From: Nemertoderma westbladi | Taxonomy: Eukaryota > Animalia > Xenacoelomorpha | Direction: 5' to 3' | NCBI GenBank assembly: GCA_032718475.1 | Contig: JAUCBJ010007358.1 | Location: 34,454 to 98,453 of the forward strand | DNA length: 64,000 nucleotides | In this document: piece by piece, positions 11,963 through 24,152 of the stretch | How the letters are laid out: every line of letters starts with the position of its first letter | How positions within the stretch are numbered: position 1 is the first letter of the stretch | Program-made: the position numbers and the translations under genes | The notes under the pieces: generated by a model | Told to the model about the DNA's origin: nothing | Seen by the model: only the letters and a program-made list of their open reading frames with translations | The model's database searches: none

Positions 11963-14900
11963 CTAAAGGGGGGGGGGGGGGGGGGGGTGTAAATGGAAGG
12001 ATACAGTCCGAAATGGGGGATTCCCGATTGTAAATGGAAGGGTACAATCCTAAAGGTGGGAGTGTAAATTAAAGGATGCAGCCCTAAAGGGGGGGGGGGG
12101 GGAGTGTAAATGGAAGGATACAGTCCTAAAGGGGGGAGTGTAAATGGAAGGATACAGTCCTAAAGGGGGGGGGGGGGGGAGTGTGAATGGAAGGATACAG
12201 TCCTAAATAGGGGAGTGTAAATGGAAGGATACAGTCCTAAGGGGGGGGGGGGTAAATTGAAGGATACAGTCCTAAATAGGGGAGTGTAAATGGAAGGATA
12301 CAGTCCTAAAGGAGGGAGTGTAAATGGAAGGATACAGTCCTAAATAGGGGAGTGTAAATGGAAGGATACAGTCCTAAATAGGGGAGTGTAAATGGAAGGA
12401 TACAGTCCTAAAGGTGGGAGTGTAAATGGAAGGATACAGTCCTAAAGGGTGGGGGGGGGGGGAGTGTAAATGGAAGGATACAGTCCTAAATAGGGGAGTG
12501 TAAATGGAAGGATACATTCCTAAATGGGGGAGTGTAAATGGAAGGATACAGTCCTAAATAGGGGAGTGTAAATGGAAGGATACAGTCCTAAATAGGGGAG
12601 TGTAAATGGAAGGATACAGTCCTAAAGGAGGGAGTGTAAATGGAAGGATACAGTCCTAAATAGGGGAGTGTAAATGGAAGGATACAGTCCTAAATAGGGG
12701 AGTGTAAATGGAAGGATACAGTCCTAAAGGAGGGAGTGTAAATGGAAGGATACAGTCCTAAATAGGGGAGTGTAAATGGAAGGATACAGTCCTAAATAGG
12801 GGAGTGTAAATGGAAGGATACAGTCCTAAATAGGGGAGTGTAAATGGAAGGATACAGTCCTAAATAGGGGAGTGTAAATGGAAGGATACAGTCCTAAATA
12901 GGGGAGTGTAAATGGAAGGATACAGTCCTAAATAGGGGAGTGTAAATGGAAGGATACAGTCCTAAAGATGGGAGTGTAAACGAAAGGATGCAGCCTTAAA
13001 AGGGGGGAGGGGGGGGGGGGGGTGTAAATGGAAGGATACAGTCCTAAAGGTGGGAGTGTAAATGGAAGGATACAGTCCTAAAGGTGGGAGTGTAAATGGA
13101 AGGATACAGTCCTAAATAGGGGAGTGTAAATGGAAGGATACAGTCCTAAAGGAGGGAGTGTAAATGGAAGGATACAGTCCTAAATAGGGGAGTGTAAATG
13201 GAAGGATACAGTCCTAAAGATGGGAGTGTAAACGAAAGGATGCAGCCTTAAAAGGGGGGAGGGGGGGGGGGGGTGTAAATGGAAGGATACATTCCTAAAG
13301 GAGGGAGTGTAAATGGAAGGATACAATCCGAAATGGGTGATTGTAAATGGAAGGATACAGTCCTAAAGGTGGGAGTGTAAACGAAAGGATGCAGCCTTAA
13401 AGGGGGGGGGGGGGGGGGGGGGTGTAAATGGAAGGATACATTCCTAAAGGAGGGAGTGTAAATGGAAGGATACAGTCCTAAATAGGGGAGTGTAAATGGA
13501 AGGATACAGTCCTAAATAGGGGAGTGTAAATGGAAGGATACAGTCCTAAATAGGGGAGTGTAAATGGAAGGATACAGTCCTAAAGATGGGAGTGTAAACG
13601 AAAGGATGCAGCCTTAAAAGGGGGGAGGGGGGGGGGGGGGTGTAAATGGAAGGATACAGTCCTAAAGGAGGGAGTGTAAATGGAAGGATACAGTCCTAAA
13701 TAGGGGAGTGTAAATGGAAGGATACAGTCCTAAATAGGGGAGTGTAAATGGAAGGATACAGTCCTAAATAGGGGAGTGTAAATGGAAGGATACAGTCCTA
13801 AAGGGGGATAGTAAATGGAAGGATACCCGATACAGTCCTAAAGGGGGGAGTGTAAATGGAAGGATACAGTCCTAAATAGGGGAGTGTAAATGGAAGGATA
13901 CAGTCCTAAAGGAGGGAGTGTAAATGGAAGGATACAGTCCTAAATAGGGGAGTGTAAATGGAAGGATACAGTCCTAAATAGGGGAGTGTAAATGGAAGGA
14001 TACAGTCCTAAATAGGGGAGTGTAAATGGAAGGATACAGTGGAAGGATACAGTCCGAAATGGGGGGATTGTAAATGGAAGGATACAGTCCTAAAGGAGGG
14101 AGTGTAAATGGAAGGATACAGTCCTAAATAGGGGAGTGTAAATGGAAGGATACAGTCCTAAAGATGGGAGTGTAAACGAAAGGATGCAGCCTTAAAAGGG
14201 GGGAGGGGGGGGGGGTGTAAATGGAAGGATACATTCCTAAAGGAGGGAGTGTAAATGGAAGGATACAATCCGAAATGGGTGATTGTAAATGGAAGGATAC
14301 AGTCCTAAAGGTGGGAGTGTAAACGAAAGGATGCAGCCTTAAAGGGGGGGGGGGGGGGGGGGGTGTAAATGGAAGGATACATTCCTAAAGGAGGGAGTGT
14401 AAATGTAGGGGGTGTAAATGGAAGGATACAGTCCTAAAGATGGGAGTGTAAACGAAAGGATGCAGCCTTAAAAGGGGGGAGGGGGGGGGGGGTGTAAATG
14501 GAAGGATACAGTCCTAAAGGAGGGAGTGTAAATGGAAGGATACAGTCCTAAATAGGGGAGTGTAAATGGAAGGATACAGTCCTAAATAGGGGAGTGTAAA
14601 TGGAAGGATACAGTCCTAAATAGGGGAGTGTAAATGGAAGGATACAGTCCTAAAGGGGGATAGTAAATGGAAGGATACAGTCCTAAAGGGGGGAGTGTAA
14701 ATGGAAGGATACAGTCCTAAATAGGGGAGTGTAAATGGAAGGATACAGTCCTAAAGGGGGGGGGAGTGTAAATGGAAGGATACAGTCCTAAATAGGGGAG
14801 TGTAAATGGAAGGATACATTCCTAAAGGAGGGAGGGTAAATGGAAGGATACAGTCCTAAAGATGGGAGTGTAAATGGAAGGATACAGTCCTAAATAGGGG

Positions 14901-17900
14901 AGTGTAAATGGAAGGATACATTCCTAAAGGAGGGAGTGTAAATGGAAGGATACAGTCCTAAATAGGGGAGTGTAAATGGAAGGATACAGTCCTAAAGGGG
15001 GGGGGAGTGTAAATGGAAGGATACAGTCCTAAATAGGGGAGTGTAAATGGAAGGATACATTCCTAAAGGAGGGAGGGTAAATGGAAGGATACAGTCCTAA
15101 AGATGGAGTGTAAATGGAAGGATACAGTCCTAAATAGGGGAGTGTAAATGGAAGGATACATTCCTAAAGGAGGGAGTGTAAATGGAAGGATACAGTCCTA
15201 AATAGGGGAGTGTAAATGGAAGGATACATTCCTAAAGGAGGGAGTGTAAATGGAAGGATACAGTCCTAATAGGGGAGTGTAAATGGAAGGATATAGTCCT
15301 AAAGGGGGGGGGGAGTGTAAATGGAAGGATACAGTCCTAAATAGGGGAGTGTAAATGGAAGGATACATTCCTAAAGGAGGGAGGGTAAATGGAAGGATAC
15401 AGTCCTAAAGATGGGAGTGTAAATGGAAGGATACAGTCCTAAATAGGGGAGTGTAAATGGAAGGATACATTCCTAAAGGGAGGGAGGGTAGAATGGAAGG
15501 ATACAGTCCTAAAGATGGGAGTGTAAATGGAAGGATACAGTCCTAAAGGGGGGGGGGAGTGTAAATGGAAGGATACAGTCCTAAATAGGGGAGTGTAAAT
15601 GGAAGGATACATTCCTAAAGGAGGGAGGGTAAATGGAAGGATACAGTCCTAAAGATGGGAGTGTAAATGGAAGGATACAGTCCTAATGGGGGGAGTGTAA
15701 ATGGAAGGATACAGTCCTGAAGGGGGGAGTAAATGGAAGGATACAGTCCTAAAGGATGGAGTGTAAATGGAAGGATACAGTCCTAAAGGGGGGGAGTGTA
15801 AATGGAAGGATACAGTCCTAAAGGGGGGGGGGAGTGTAAATGGAAGGATACAGTCCTAAATAGGGGAGTGTAAATGGAAGGATACAGTCCTAAATAGGGG
15901 AGTGTAAATGGAAGGATACATTCCTAAAGGAGGGAGGGTAAATGGAAGGATACAGTCCTAAAGATGGGAGTGTAAATGGAAGGATACAGTGCTAAAGGGG
16001 GGAGTGTAAATGGAAGGATACAGTCCTAAATAGGGGAGTGTAAATGGAAGGATACAGTCCTAAATAGGGGAGTGTAAATGGAAGGATACAGTCCCAAATA
16101 GGGGAGTGTAAATGGAAGGATACAGTCCTAAATAGGGGAGTGTAAATGGAAGGATACAGTCCTAAATAGGGGAGTGTAAATGGAAGGATACAGTCCTAAA
16201 TAGGGGAGTGTAAATGGAAGGATACAGTCCTAAAGGTGGGAGTGTAAATGGAAGGATACAGTCCTAAATAGGGGAGTGTAAATGGAAGGATACAGTCCTA
16301 AATAGGGGAGTGTAAATGGAAGGATACAGTCCTAAATAGGGGAGTGTAAATGGAAGGATACAGTCCTAAATAGGGGAGTGTAAATGGAAGGATACAGTCC
16401 TAAATAGGGGAGTGTAAATGGAAGGATACAGTCCTAAATAGGGGAGTGTAAATGGAAGGATACAGTCCTAAATAGGGGAGTGTAAATGGAAGGATACAGT
16501 CCGAAATGGGGGATTGTAAATGGAAGGATACAGTCCTAAAGATGGGAGTGTAAATGGAAGGATACAGTCCTAAAGATGGGAGTGTAAATGGAAGGATACA
16601 GTCCTAAATAGGGGAGTGTAAATGGAAGGATACAGTCCTATATAGGGGAGTGTAAATGGAAGGATACAGTCCTAAATAGGGGAGTGTAAATGGAAGGGTA
16701 CAGTCCTAAATAGGGGAGTGTAATTGGAAGGATACAGTCCTAAATAGGGGAGTGTAAATGGAAGGATACAGTCCTAAAGATGGGAGTGTAAATGGAAGGA
16801 TACAGTCCTAAATAGGGGAGTGTAAATGGAAGGATACAGTCCTAAATGGGGGAGTGTAAATGGAAGGATACAGTCCTAAATAGGGGAGTGTAAATGGAAG
16901 GATACAGTCCTAAATAGGGGAGTGTAAATGGAAGGATACAGTCCTAAAGGGGGGGAGTGTAAATGGAAGGATTCAGTCCTAAATAGGGGAGTGTAAATGG
17001 AAGGATACAGTCCTAAATAGGGGAGTGTAAATGGAAGGATACAGTCCTAAAGGGGGGGAGTAAATTGAAGGATACAGTCCTAAAGATGGGAGTGTAAATG
17101 GAAGGATACAGTCCTAAATAGGGGAGTGTAAATGGAAGGATACAGTCCTAAATAGGGGAGTGTAAATGGAAGGATACAGTCCTAAAGGTGGGAGTGTAAA
17201 TGGAAGGATACAGTCCTAAAGGGTGGGGGGGGGGGGAGTGTAAATGGAAGGATACAGTCCTAAATAGGGGAGTGTAAATGGAAGGATACAGTCCTAAATA
17301 GGGGAGTGTAAATGGAAGGATACAGTCCTAAATAGGGGAGTGTAAATGGAAGGATACAGTCCTAAATAGGGGAGTGTAAATGGAAGGATACAGTCCTAAA
17401 TAGGGGAGTGTAAATGGAAGGATACAGTCCTAAAGGTGGGAGTGTAAATGGAAGGATACAGTCCTAAAGGGGGGGGGGGGGGGGAATGTAAATGGAAGGA
17501 TACAGTCCTAAATAGGGGAGTGTAAATGGAAGGATACATTCCTAAAGAGGGGAGTGTAAATGGAAGGATACATTCCTAAAGAGGGGAGTGTAAATGGAAG
17601 GATACAGTCCTAAAGAGGGGTGTAAATGGAAGGATACACTCCTAAAGGGGAGGGGGGAGGGAGAGTAAATAGAAGGATACACCCCTAAGCGGGGGGGGAG
17701 TAAATGGAAGGATACAGTCCTAAATAGGGAAGTGTAAATGGAAGGATACAGTCCTAAATAGGGGAGTGTAAATGGAATGATACACTCCTAAAAGGGGGGG
17801 GGGGTGTAAATGGAAGGATACAGTCCTAAAGGGGGGAGTGTAAATGGAAGGATACAGTCCTAAAGGGGGGGGGGAGTGTAAATGGAAGGATACAGTCTTA

Positions 17901-17930
17901 AAGAGGTGGGGGGGTGTAAATGGAAGGGAC
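11953..17930. repeat. 34-bp minisatellite (~6 kb, roughly 170 copies) containing the RNF19 exon-4 3' splice site
   Basis: Unit GGATACAGTCCTAAATAGGGGAGTGTAAATGGAA with variable G runs; the minus strand reads ttccatttacactcccctatttag|GACTGTATCC. Confidence 0.97.
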
Positions 17931-17954
17931 AGTTAGTGCGGACTATAAACTAAC

Positions 17955-18133
17955 CATGCACGACCTGTGTTCGCAGGTAACAACATTAGCGAAGTTGCTC
18001 TTGGGTTGATTGGTTAGACATAAAGGGCATTCATCGGTAGCTGATGGAGAGAATGTCTCGGTACGGGAAGGTTTCCGGCTCTTAGAGCTACTGATTGATG
18101 GCGGGTGGGTGGAATATGTAGAAGACAGTTCGC
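17955..18133 (-). CDS. RNF19: RNF19 coding exon 3 (start of RING1)
   Basis: ...TDECPLCLTNQPKSNFANVVTCEHRSCM joins in phase 0 to DCIQQY. Boundaries are ttaacag| and |gttagt; 179 nt. Confidence 0.9.
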
Positions 18134-18162
18134 CTGTTAAATATAAACAAACTGGATTTAAT

Positions 18163-21100
18163 AGTCAGGTCAGGTCCCCAGATCCTGCTACCACTATGGC
18201 AGTAATGTGGTATTACCTGTAGCTGTCAGCCCAGTAGGGCAGGCCCGATAAGCATAGCCTATTCATTATTTAGTTGATCAAGAGTGGGTTGGTTTTAGCC
18301 CCGTCAACTAAATAAGTCATTGAGGGCTATAGCGCCTCGGGCACCATTGAAGGCAAAGGCCTGATACGCATCTGCAATAGAGATGATAAACGCCCCGCCC
18401 TGTCTATACTGGATGCTCCTCTACCAGTGTTAGGTAACCTAACCCTGGAGGCACACTTGGTTCAGGGTGTAACAAATGGACCCCTACAGTCGGCAGCAGG
18501 GCTGTAGGCCATGATAGGCGGAAGGTAATCAACCAACGGCTAGACATGCTGACAAGGTCGGCGGAAGGTAATCAACCAACGGCGACCTACTGCGAAGACG
18601 CTTGTAGGAGTTGCGACCATAAGCGGTTTACTCTCGCAACTGAAAGATATGAGTATGAGAACCCTCCAGGAGAAATACCGGCTCGGTCGTCGCCCGGGTC
18701 AACAAGGACCGCGTCCCTCAGTGGTACACCAGGCTGGGGTCGATAAGTTGGCTACTAGAACAAATGACAGAGAAGAAAGAAGAACCAACCTGTTGAAATG
18801 TAAAAAGACACTAAAGATTGCTACAATGAGCGCACGCATGCTGAAAGCACATAGCAAACAGGGTGACATGGTCGCTCTGGCAATGGAGTATAACATCGAC
18901 ATCATCTGCATCCAAGAACATCGGATTTGTCATGAAGACACTGCCATGAAGTACAATGACATTGGAAATGGATGGACGTTAGTAACAAGCTCAGCAGTAA
19001 CAAACTCGGCCAATGCATCAATTGGTGGAGTAGGAATTCTGCTAAGCCCATTTGCACTTAAGACCCTAAACAACATCGAATCTATAAATTCCAGGGTTAT
19101 GATCGCAACATTTGATGGGAATCCCAAGGCAACAGTTATATGTTGCTACAGTCCAACCAATTCCTCAGAGCCAGAACAAGCAGTCAAGTTTTATGAAGAA
19201 CTGACTGGACTTATTAAGGACATCCCGAAACACAATGTTAAAGTCATTGCTGGTGACCTGAATGCGCAAATTGGCCCAGAAGAAATCAAGGGTTACACAC
19301 TATAACACCAGTTCTAACAGAAATGGGTACTTACTTTTAGACCTAATGGAAGAATGTGAATTGATACCAACAAACAACACATTCGAAAAGAGTAAGGGGA
19401 AGCTATGGACCTTTCAATACCCTAATGGAACCAAAGCACATCTGGATTACATGCTTATAAACAAAAAGTGGAGAAACAGCATGATCAACTGCGAGGCATA
19501 CAGCTCGTTCAACCTAATTGGTTCGGACCACAGAATTGTGACTGCAGAGATCAGACTCAGTTTGAGAGCCAGCAAACCCAGGACAAGCAAGCAAATCAAA
19601 TATGACTGGGAGAAACTCAGAACTGACAATGCTGTAAAGGATGCTTATACAGTAGAAGTTCAAAACCGCTTTGAAGCACTTCAGTCAATGGATGAAGACC
19701 AATCCACCAATTCAATATACCAGAATATAATAACAGCCCACAAGGAATCAGCTAAGAGGCATATCCCCCAGAAACCCAAACGAAAACAGTATGTGCCATG
19801 GCAAAACTTGTTACTTGTAAGAGAGACGATCTTAAGGAGGGGGGGGGGTAGCGCATTTTCTCACCAAAAAGACGAATTTTTGAAACATATCCTATCTGAT
19901 GCAGAATTTCATGCTGAATCCAAATATGGAAACCGTTTTCCGATATCTTGCTTAGTTTTCGAGATATCTGGGATAGAAGATACTGGCTCCGATATATCGC
20001 GATATCGGTAAAGGCGATGAAGTTTGGGGTTTGCATTCAATTTATGCAAATTTCTCTGCTCAGTGTGCCAATTGGATGTCATTGGAAATGGATGGACGTT
20101 AGTAACAAGCTCAGCAGTAAGAAATTCGGCCAATGCATCAATTGGTGGAGTAGGAATTCTGCTAAGCCCATTTGCACTTAAGACCCTAAACAACACCGAA
20201 TTTATAAATTCCAGGGTTATGATCGCAACATTTTATGGGAATCCCAAGGCAACAGTTATATGTTGCTACAGTCCAACCAATGCCTCAGAACCAGAACAAG
20301 CAGTCAAGTTTTATGAAGATCTGACTGGACTTATAAAGGACATCCCGAAACACAATGTAATATGTTATAATATAATATAATATTATATAATATAATAAAG
20401 CGAGTGAATTAGATGAAATCTCAGCGGAGGTATGGAAAACCGGAGTGCTAAACAGACCATTATTGAATGTTTGCAACCGGATGTTAAAAGGGGAAAAGCC
20501 ACCACCAATTTGGACTAAAGGTCAACTAAAGCCTCTCCCCAAGAAAGGAGACCTCGGCATACCAACAAACTATCGTGGGATCTGTCTGCTTGTGGAAGCT
20601 GCCAAAATATACAATAAAATGATTCTATATAGGATTAGGCCTAACATAGAGAAACTACTCCGTAAGAGCCAAAACGGATTTCGACCAAGCAGATCAACAA
20701 TAGCTCAGATACTTGCATTACGGAGACTGATTGAAGGAATTAAGTCAAAAAATCTCCCCGCAGTCATGACTCCATCCATAGAGGTAAAATGCTTGAAATC
20801 CTAAGAGCTTATGGAATACCAGAAGTAATTGTTGCTGGCATTGGATTGTTATATTGTGACACAGAAGCGCAGGTACTCTCACCAGATGGTGAAACTGAGT
20901 TTTTCTCAATCCTGGCTGGCGTACTGCAAGGTGACACATTAGCACCATTACTATTTGTAATTGTGCTGGATTACGCAATGCGGACGGCCACAAAGGGTGA
21001 AGATCTGGGATTCACACTTCAAGAACGCAGAAGTAGTAGATATCCGGCAACTACAGTCACAGACACCGACTTTGCGGATGACATCGCCCTGCTCTCTAAT

Positions 21101-21828
21101 ACGCTAGCAGATGCACAGCTTCTACTAAATAAAGTGGAGAGGGCTGCTAAGGAGGTTGGATTGCATATAAATGCTACAAAGACCGAATTCATGACCTTTA
21201 ATGTTGATGGGAACTTGACAACCATTGATAATAATCAACTAAGGAAGGTCGATGACTTCCAGTACCTTGGATCAAGGATAGAGAGTAGTAAAAAGGACAT
21301 AGAAGTTAGGAAAACAAAGGCTTGGGTAGCTCTATCAAAAATGGATACCATCTGGAAATCAGATCTCTCCAGGCACCTGAAGACCAAGTTCTTTCGAGCC
21401 ACAGTGGAAAGTGTATTTTTATACGGGGGTGAGACCTGGACACTGACTAAATCACTTGAACAACGAATTGATGGTTGCTACACAAGACTACTAAGGGCAG
21501 CCCTAAACATCAGCTGGAGACAACACATGACAAACGCCGAGCTTTATGGTACAATACCACCTGTATCCACCACCCTCTGTGAACGCAGATTGAGATTCAA
21601 TGGGCACTGCTGGAGAAGTTAAGACGAGGTCATACCGATCTACTTTTCTGGCAACCAACTCATGGAAAGCGTAGTCGTGGACGACCGGCCATAACATATA
21701 TAGATCAACTTGAAAGGGATACTGAACTTGGGAGAAACGAAATTGGAAATTGCGACAACTATGGAGAATCGGGAAGCCTGGAAGGATCTCATTTCCACTG
21801 ACCGAGTTCGCTCGACCTAGTAGTAGTA
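18163..21828 (+). mobile_element. RTE-like non-LTR retrotransposon, near full length, frameshifted and rearranged
   Basis: APE motifs (IQEHR, YSPT, GDLNA, LDY, SDH) and RT motifs (QNGFR, GVLQGDTLAPLLF, FADDIAL, YLGS), C-terminal GHCWR, (TAG)n tail. 9-bp TSD GGATTTAAT at 18154-18162 and 21829-21837. Confidence 0.92.
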
Positions 21829-21957
21829 GGATTTAATTAATTTAATTTAATTAAACCAATAGCGATAAGTCAACAAATCAAAGGACATATTATTATGGAG
21901 TTACGCCTCCCTGCGAATATAATATAATAGTTTGCAGGCACTCTCACTCCCACCTAC

Positions 21958-22102
21958 CGGCATTGGATTGTGCGCTGATACTCTGGGCCGAATCATCAGA
22001 CGGGACCCTCGGACGTCTAGACGGTCGCCTAGAGAACAACCGACGGAGTGAGAACTGGATGTCGTTACTGATAAACGAGTTGTTTCTACGGGTTCTACGT
22101 TC
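21958..22102 (-). CDS. RNF19: RNF19 coding exon 2
   Basis: tttatag|ERRTRRNNSFISNDIQFSLRRLFSRRPSRRPRVPSDDSAQSISAQSNA G|gtaggt. Phase 0 in and phase 1 out, which fits exons 1 and 3 exactly. Confidence 0.8.
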
Positions 22103-22120
22103 CTATAAAATAAATGCAGG

Positions 22121-22860
22121 TGGAGTGTATGAGTGGGAATGTATGAGTGGGAGGTTTACTGTGGGAGTGTATGAGTGGGAGTGTATGAGTGGGAGTGTAT
22201 GAGTGGGAATGTATGAGTGGGAATGTATGAGTGGGAATGTATGAGTAGGAGGTTTACTGTGGGAGTGTATGAGTGGGAGTGTATGAGTGGGAGTGTATGA
22301 GTGGGAATGTATGAGTGGGAATGTATGAGTGGGAGGTTTACTGTGGGAGTGTATGAGTGGGAATGTATGAGTGGGAGGTTTACTGTGGGAGTGTATGAGT
22401 GGGAGTGTATGAGTGGGAGTGTATGAGTGGGAATGTATGAGTGGGAATGTATGAGTGGGAGGTTTACTGTGGGAGTGTATGAGTGGGAATGTATGAGTGG
22501 GAGGTTTACTGTGGGAGTGTATGAGTGGGAGTGTATGAGTGGGAGTGTATGAGTGGGAGTGTATGAGTGGGAATGTATGAGTGGGAGGTTTACTGTGGGG
22601 TGTATGAGTGGGAGTGTATGAGTGGGAGTGTATGAGTGGGAGTGTATGAGTGGGAGGTTTACTGTGGGGTGTATGAGTGGGAGTGTATGAGTGGGAGTGT
22701 ATGAGTGGGAATGTATGAGTGGGAATGTATGAGTGGGAGGTTTACTGTGGGGTGTATGAGTGGGAATGTATGAGTGGGAGGTTTACTGTGGGGTGTATGA
22801 GTGGGAGTGTATGAGTGGGAGTGTATGAGTGGGAGTGTATGAGTGGGAGGTTTACTGTGG
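22121..22860. repeat. 14-bp G-rich minisatellite
   Basis: GTGTATGAGTGGGA with variant GGTTTACTGTGGGA. Starts about 18 nt from the exon-2 acceptor. Confidence 0.95.
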
Positions 22861-23199
22861 AAGAGTATTGTAGTTTGTGATAAAGGATGGGGGGGAATCC
22901 ATATAGAATAGTGTTACAACGGGATGAGGATAGATACATATCTTCTTAATGGGATACAGAAAAATAAAAATTATCGGTATTCGAATACATTCATAATTCT
23001 CTAATATTTCTACTTCTGTTTACAATTCTATAGTTGCACAATATAAGACATTTCACTAATCATATCGATAACAATAAAAATGCTACTATTAAGGGCAGGG
23101 GACATACACCTAAATCCAGGGCCAAGTCATCAGGGGGGGGGGGGGGGGGGGGAAGAATGATCCAATACATACAATAAAGGAATAATAACAATCAAATAG

Positions 23200-24003
23200 G
23201 GATGGGCTAATTATGGTTCAAATTAATAGCCGAAGTTTAGGGAAAAATATTGATGAACTTAGACAGGTCTTGCTGGGATCCAATAATGTAATAGTATTAG
23301 CCGTATTAAAAGTAATGGCTGAAGCGCCATGTTAATGACAGGCTTATTTCAATACAAGGGTACAAAGTATATAGAAGGGATCGTAAATCAAAAAGGGGTG
23401 GGGGGGGGGGGGGGTTAATTTACATACCGGAAAATTTTAATTTTAAAATAAGATAAGATATTAAATCATGCAATAGCCTTGAATATATATGGATAGAACT
23501 AGATAACCTATTAATATGTACTTTATATAAACCGCCAAGGAAAAAGACAAATACATTTATTAGCCAATTAGAAGATGAACTCGAACATGCATTAACTCTA
23601 GAACCAAAGATGAAAATACTTATACAAGGAGACTTTAATATAAATTTATTATGTAAAAATCCAAATCCGAGTACTCAGCTATTATAAGAATTAGCAATAT
23701 TGTATATGTATACACTTTAGAAACACAAATAAACCCGTATTACAAAAACAACCGCAACGCTCATTGACCTGGTAATGACAAATATTGATAAGAAAATTAT
23801 ACAACAAACTATCATTTTTCCGTGTGAGTTTTCCGATCATGATCATACACTAACAAAATTAAACTACGTAGTTAGAGACAGGATAGAACACAAAAGGCAA
23901 TGGATAGAATACCGTGATTTTACTAATTTTAGAGAAAGCGAGTTCTTAGCAGAGATTCACAGAATAACATGGGAAAAAATATACTGGGAAACAAATGTAC
24001 AGT
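23200..24003 (+). mobile_element. Decayed CR1/L2-type LINE endonuclease fragment
   Basis: Broken frames reading INSRSL, GYKVYRRDR..RGGG, YKPP, GDFNINLL, TLIDLVMTN and SDHD. Confidence 0.8.
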
Positions 24004-24152
24004 AGAGTTGAAACAGAGACCTGTCACTGATCTCTGGATTCTCCGGGCAATTCTTCTCCGGATAGGTCTCTGGTTCCGGGGTATTATCATTTACCTTGTA
24101 TCACTTTGAGTTTTAATGAATAAAAGAGATAAAACTTAACTTTAAACTTAAC

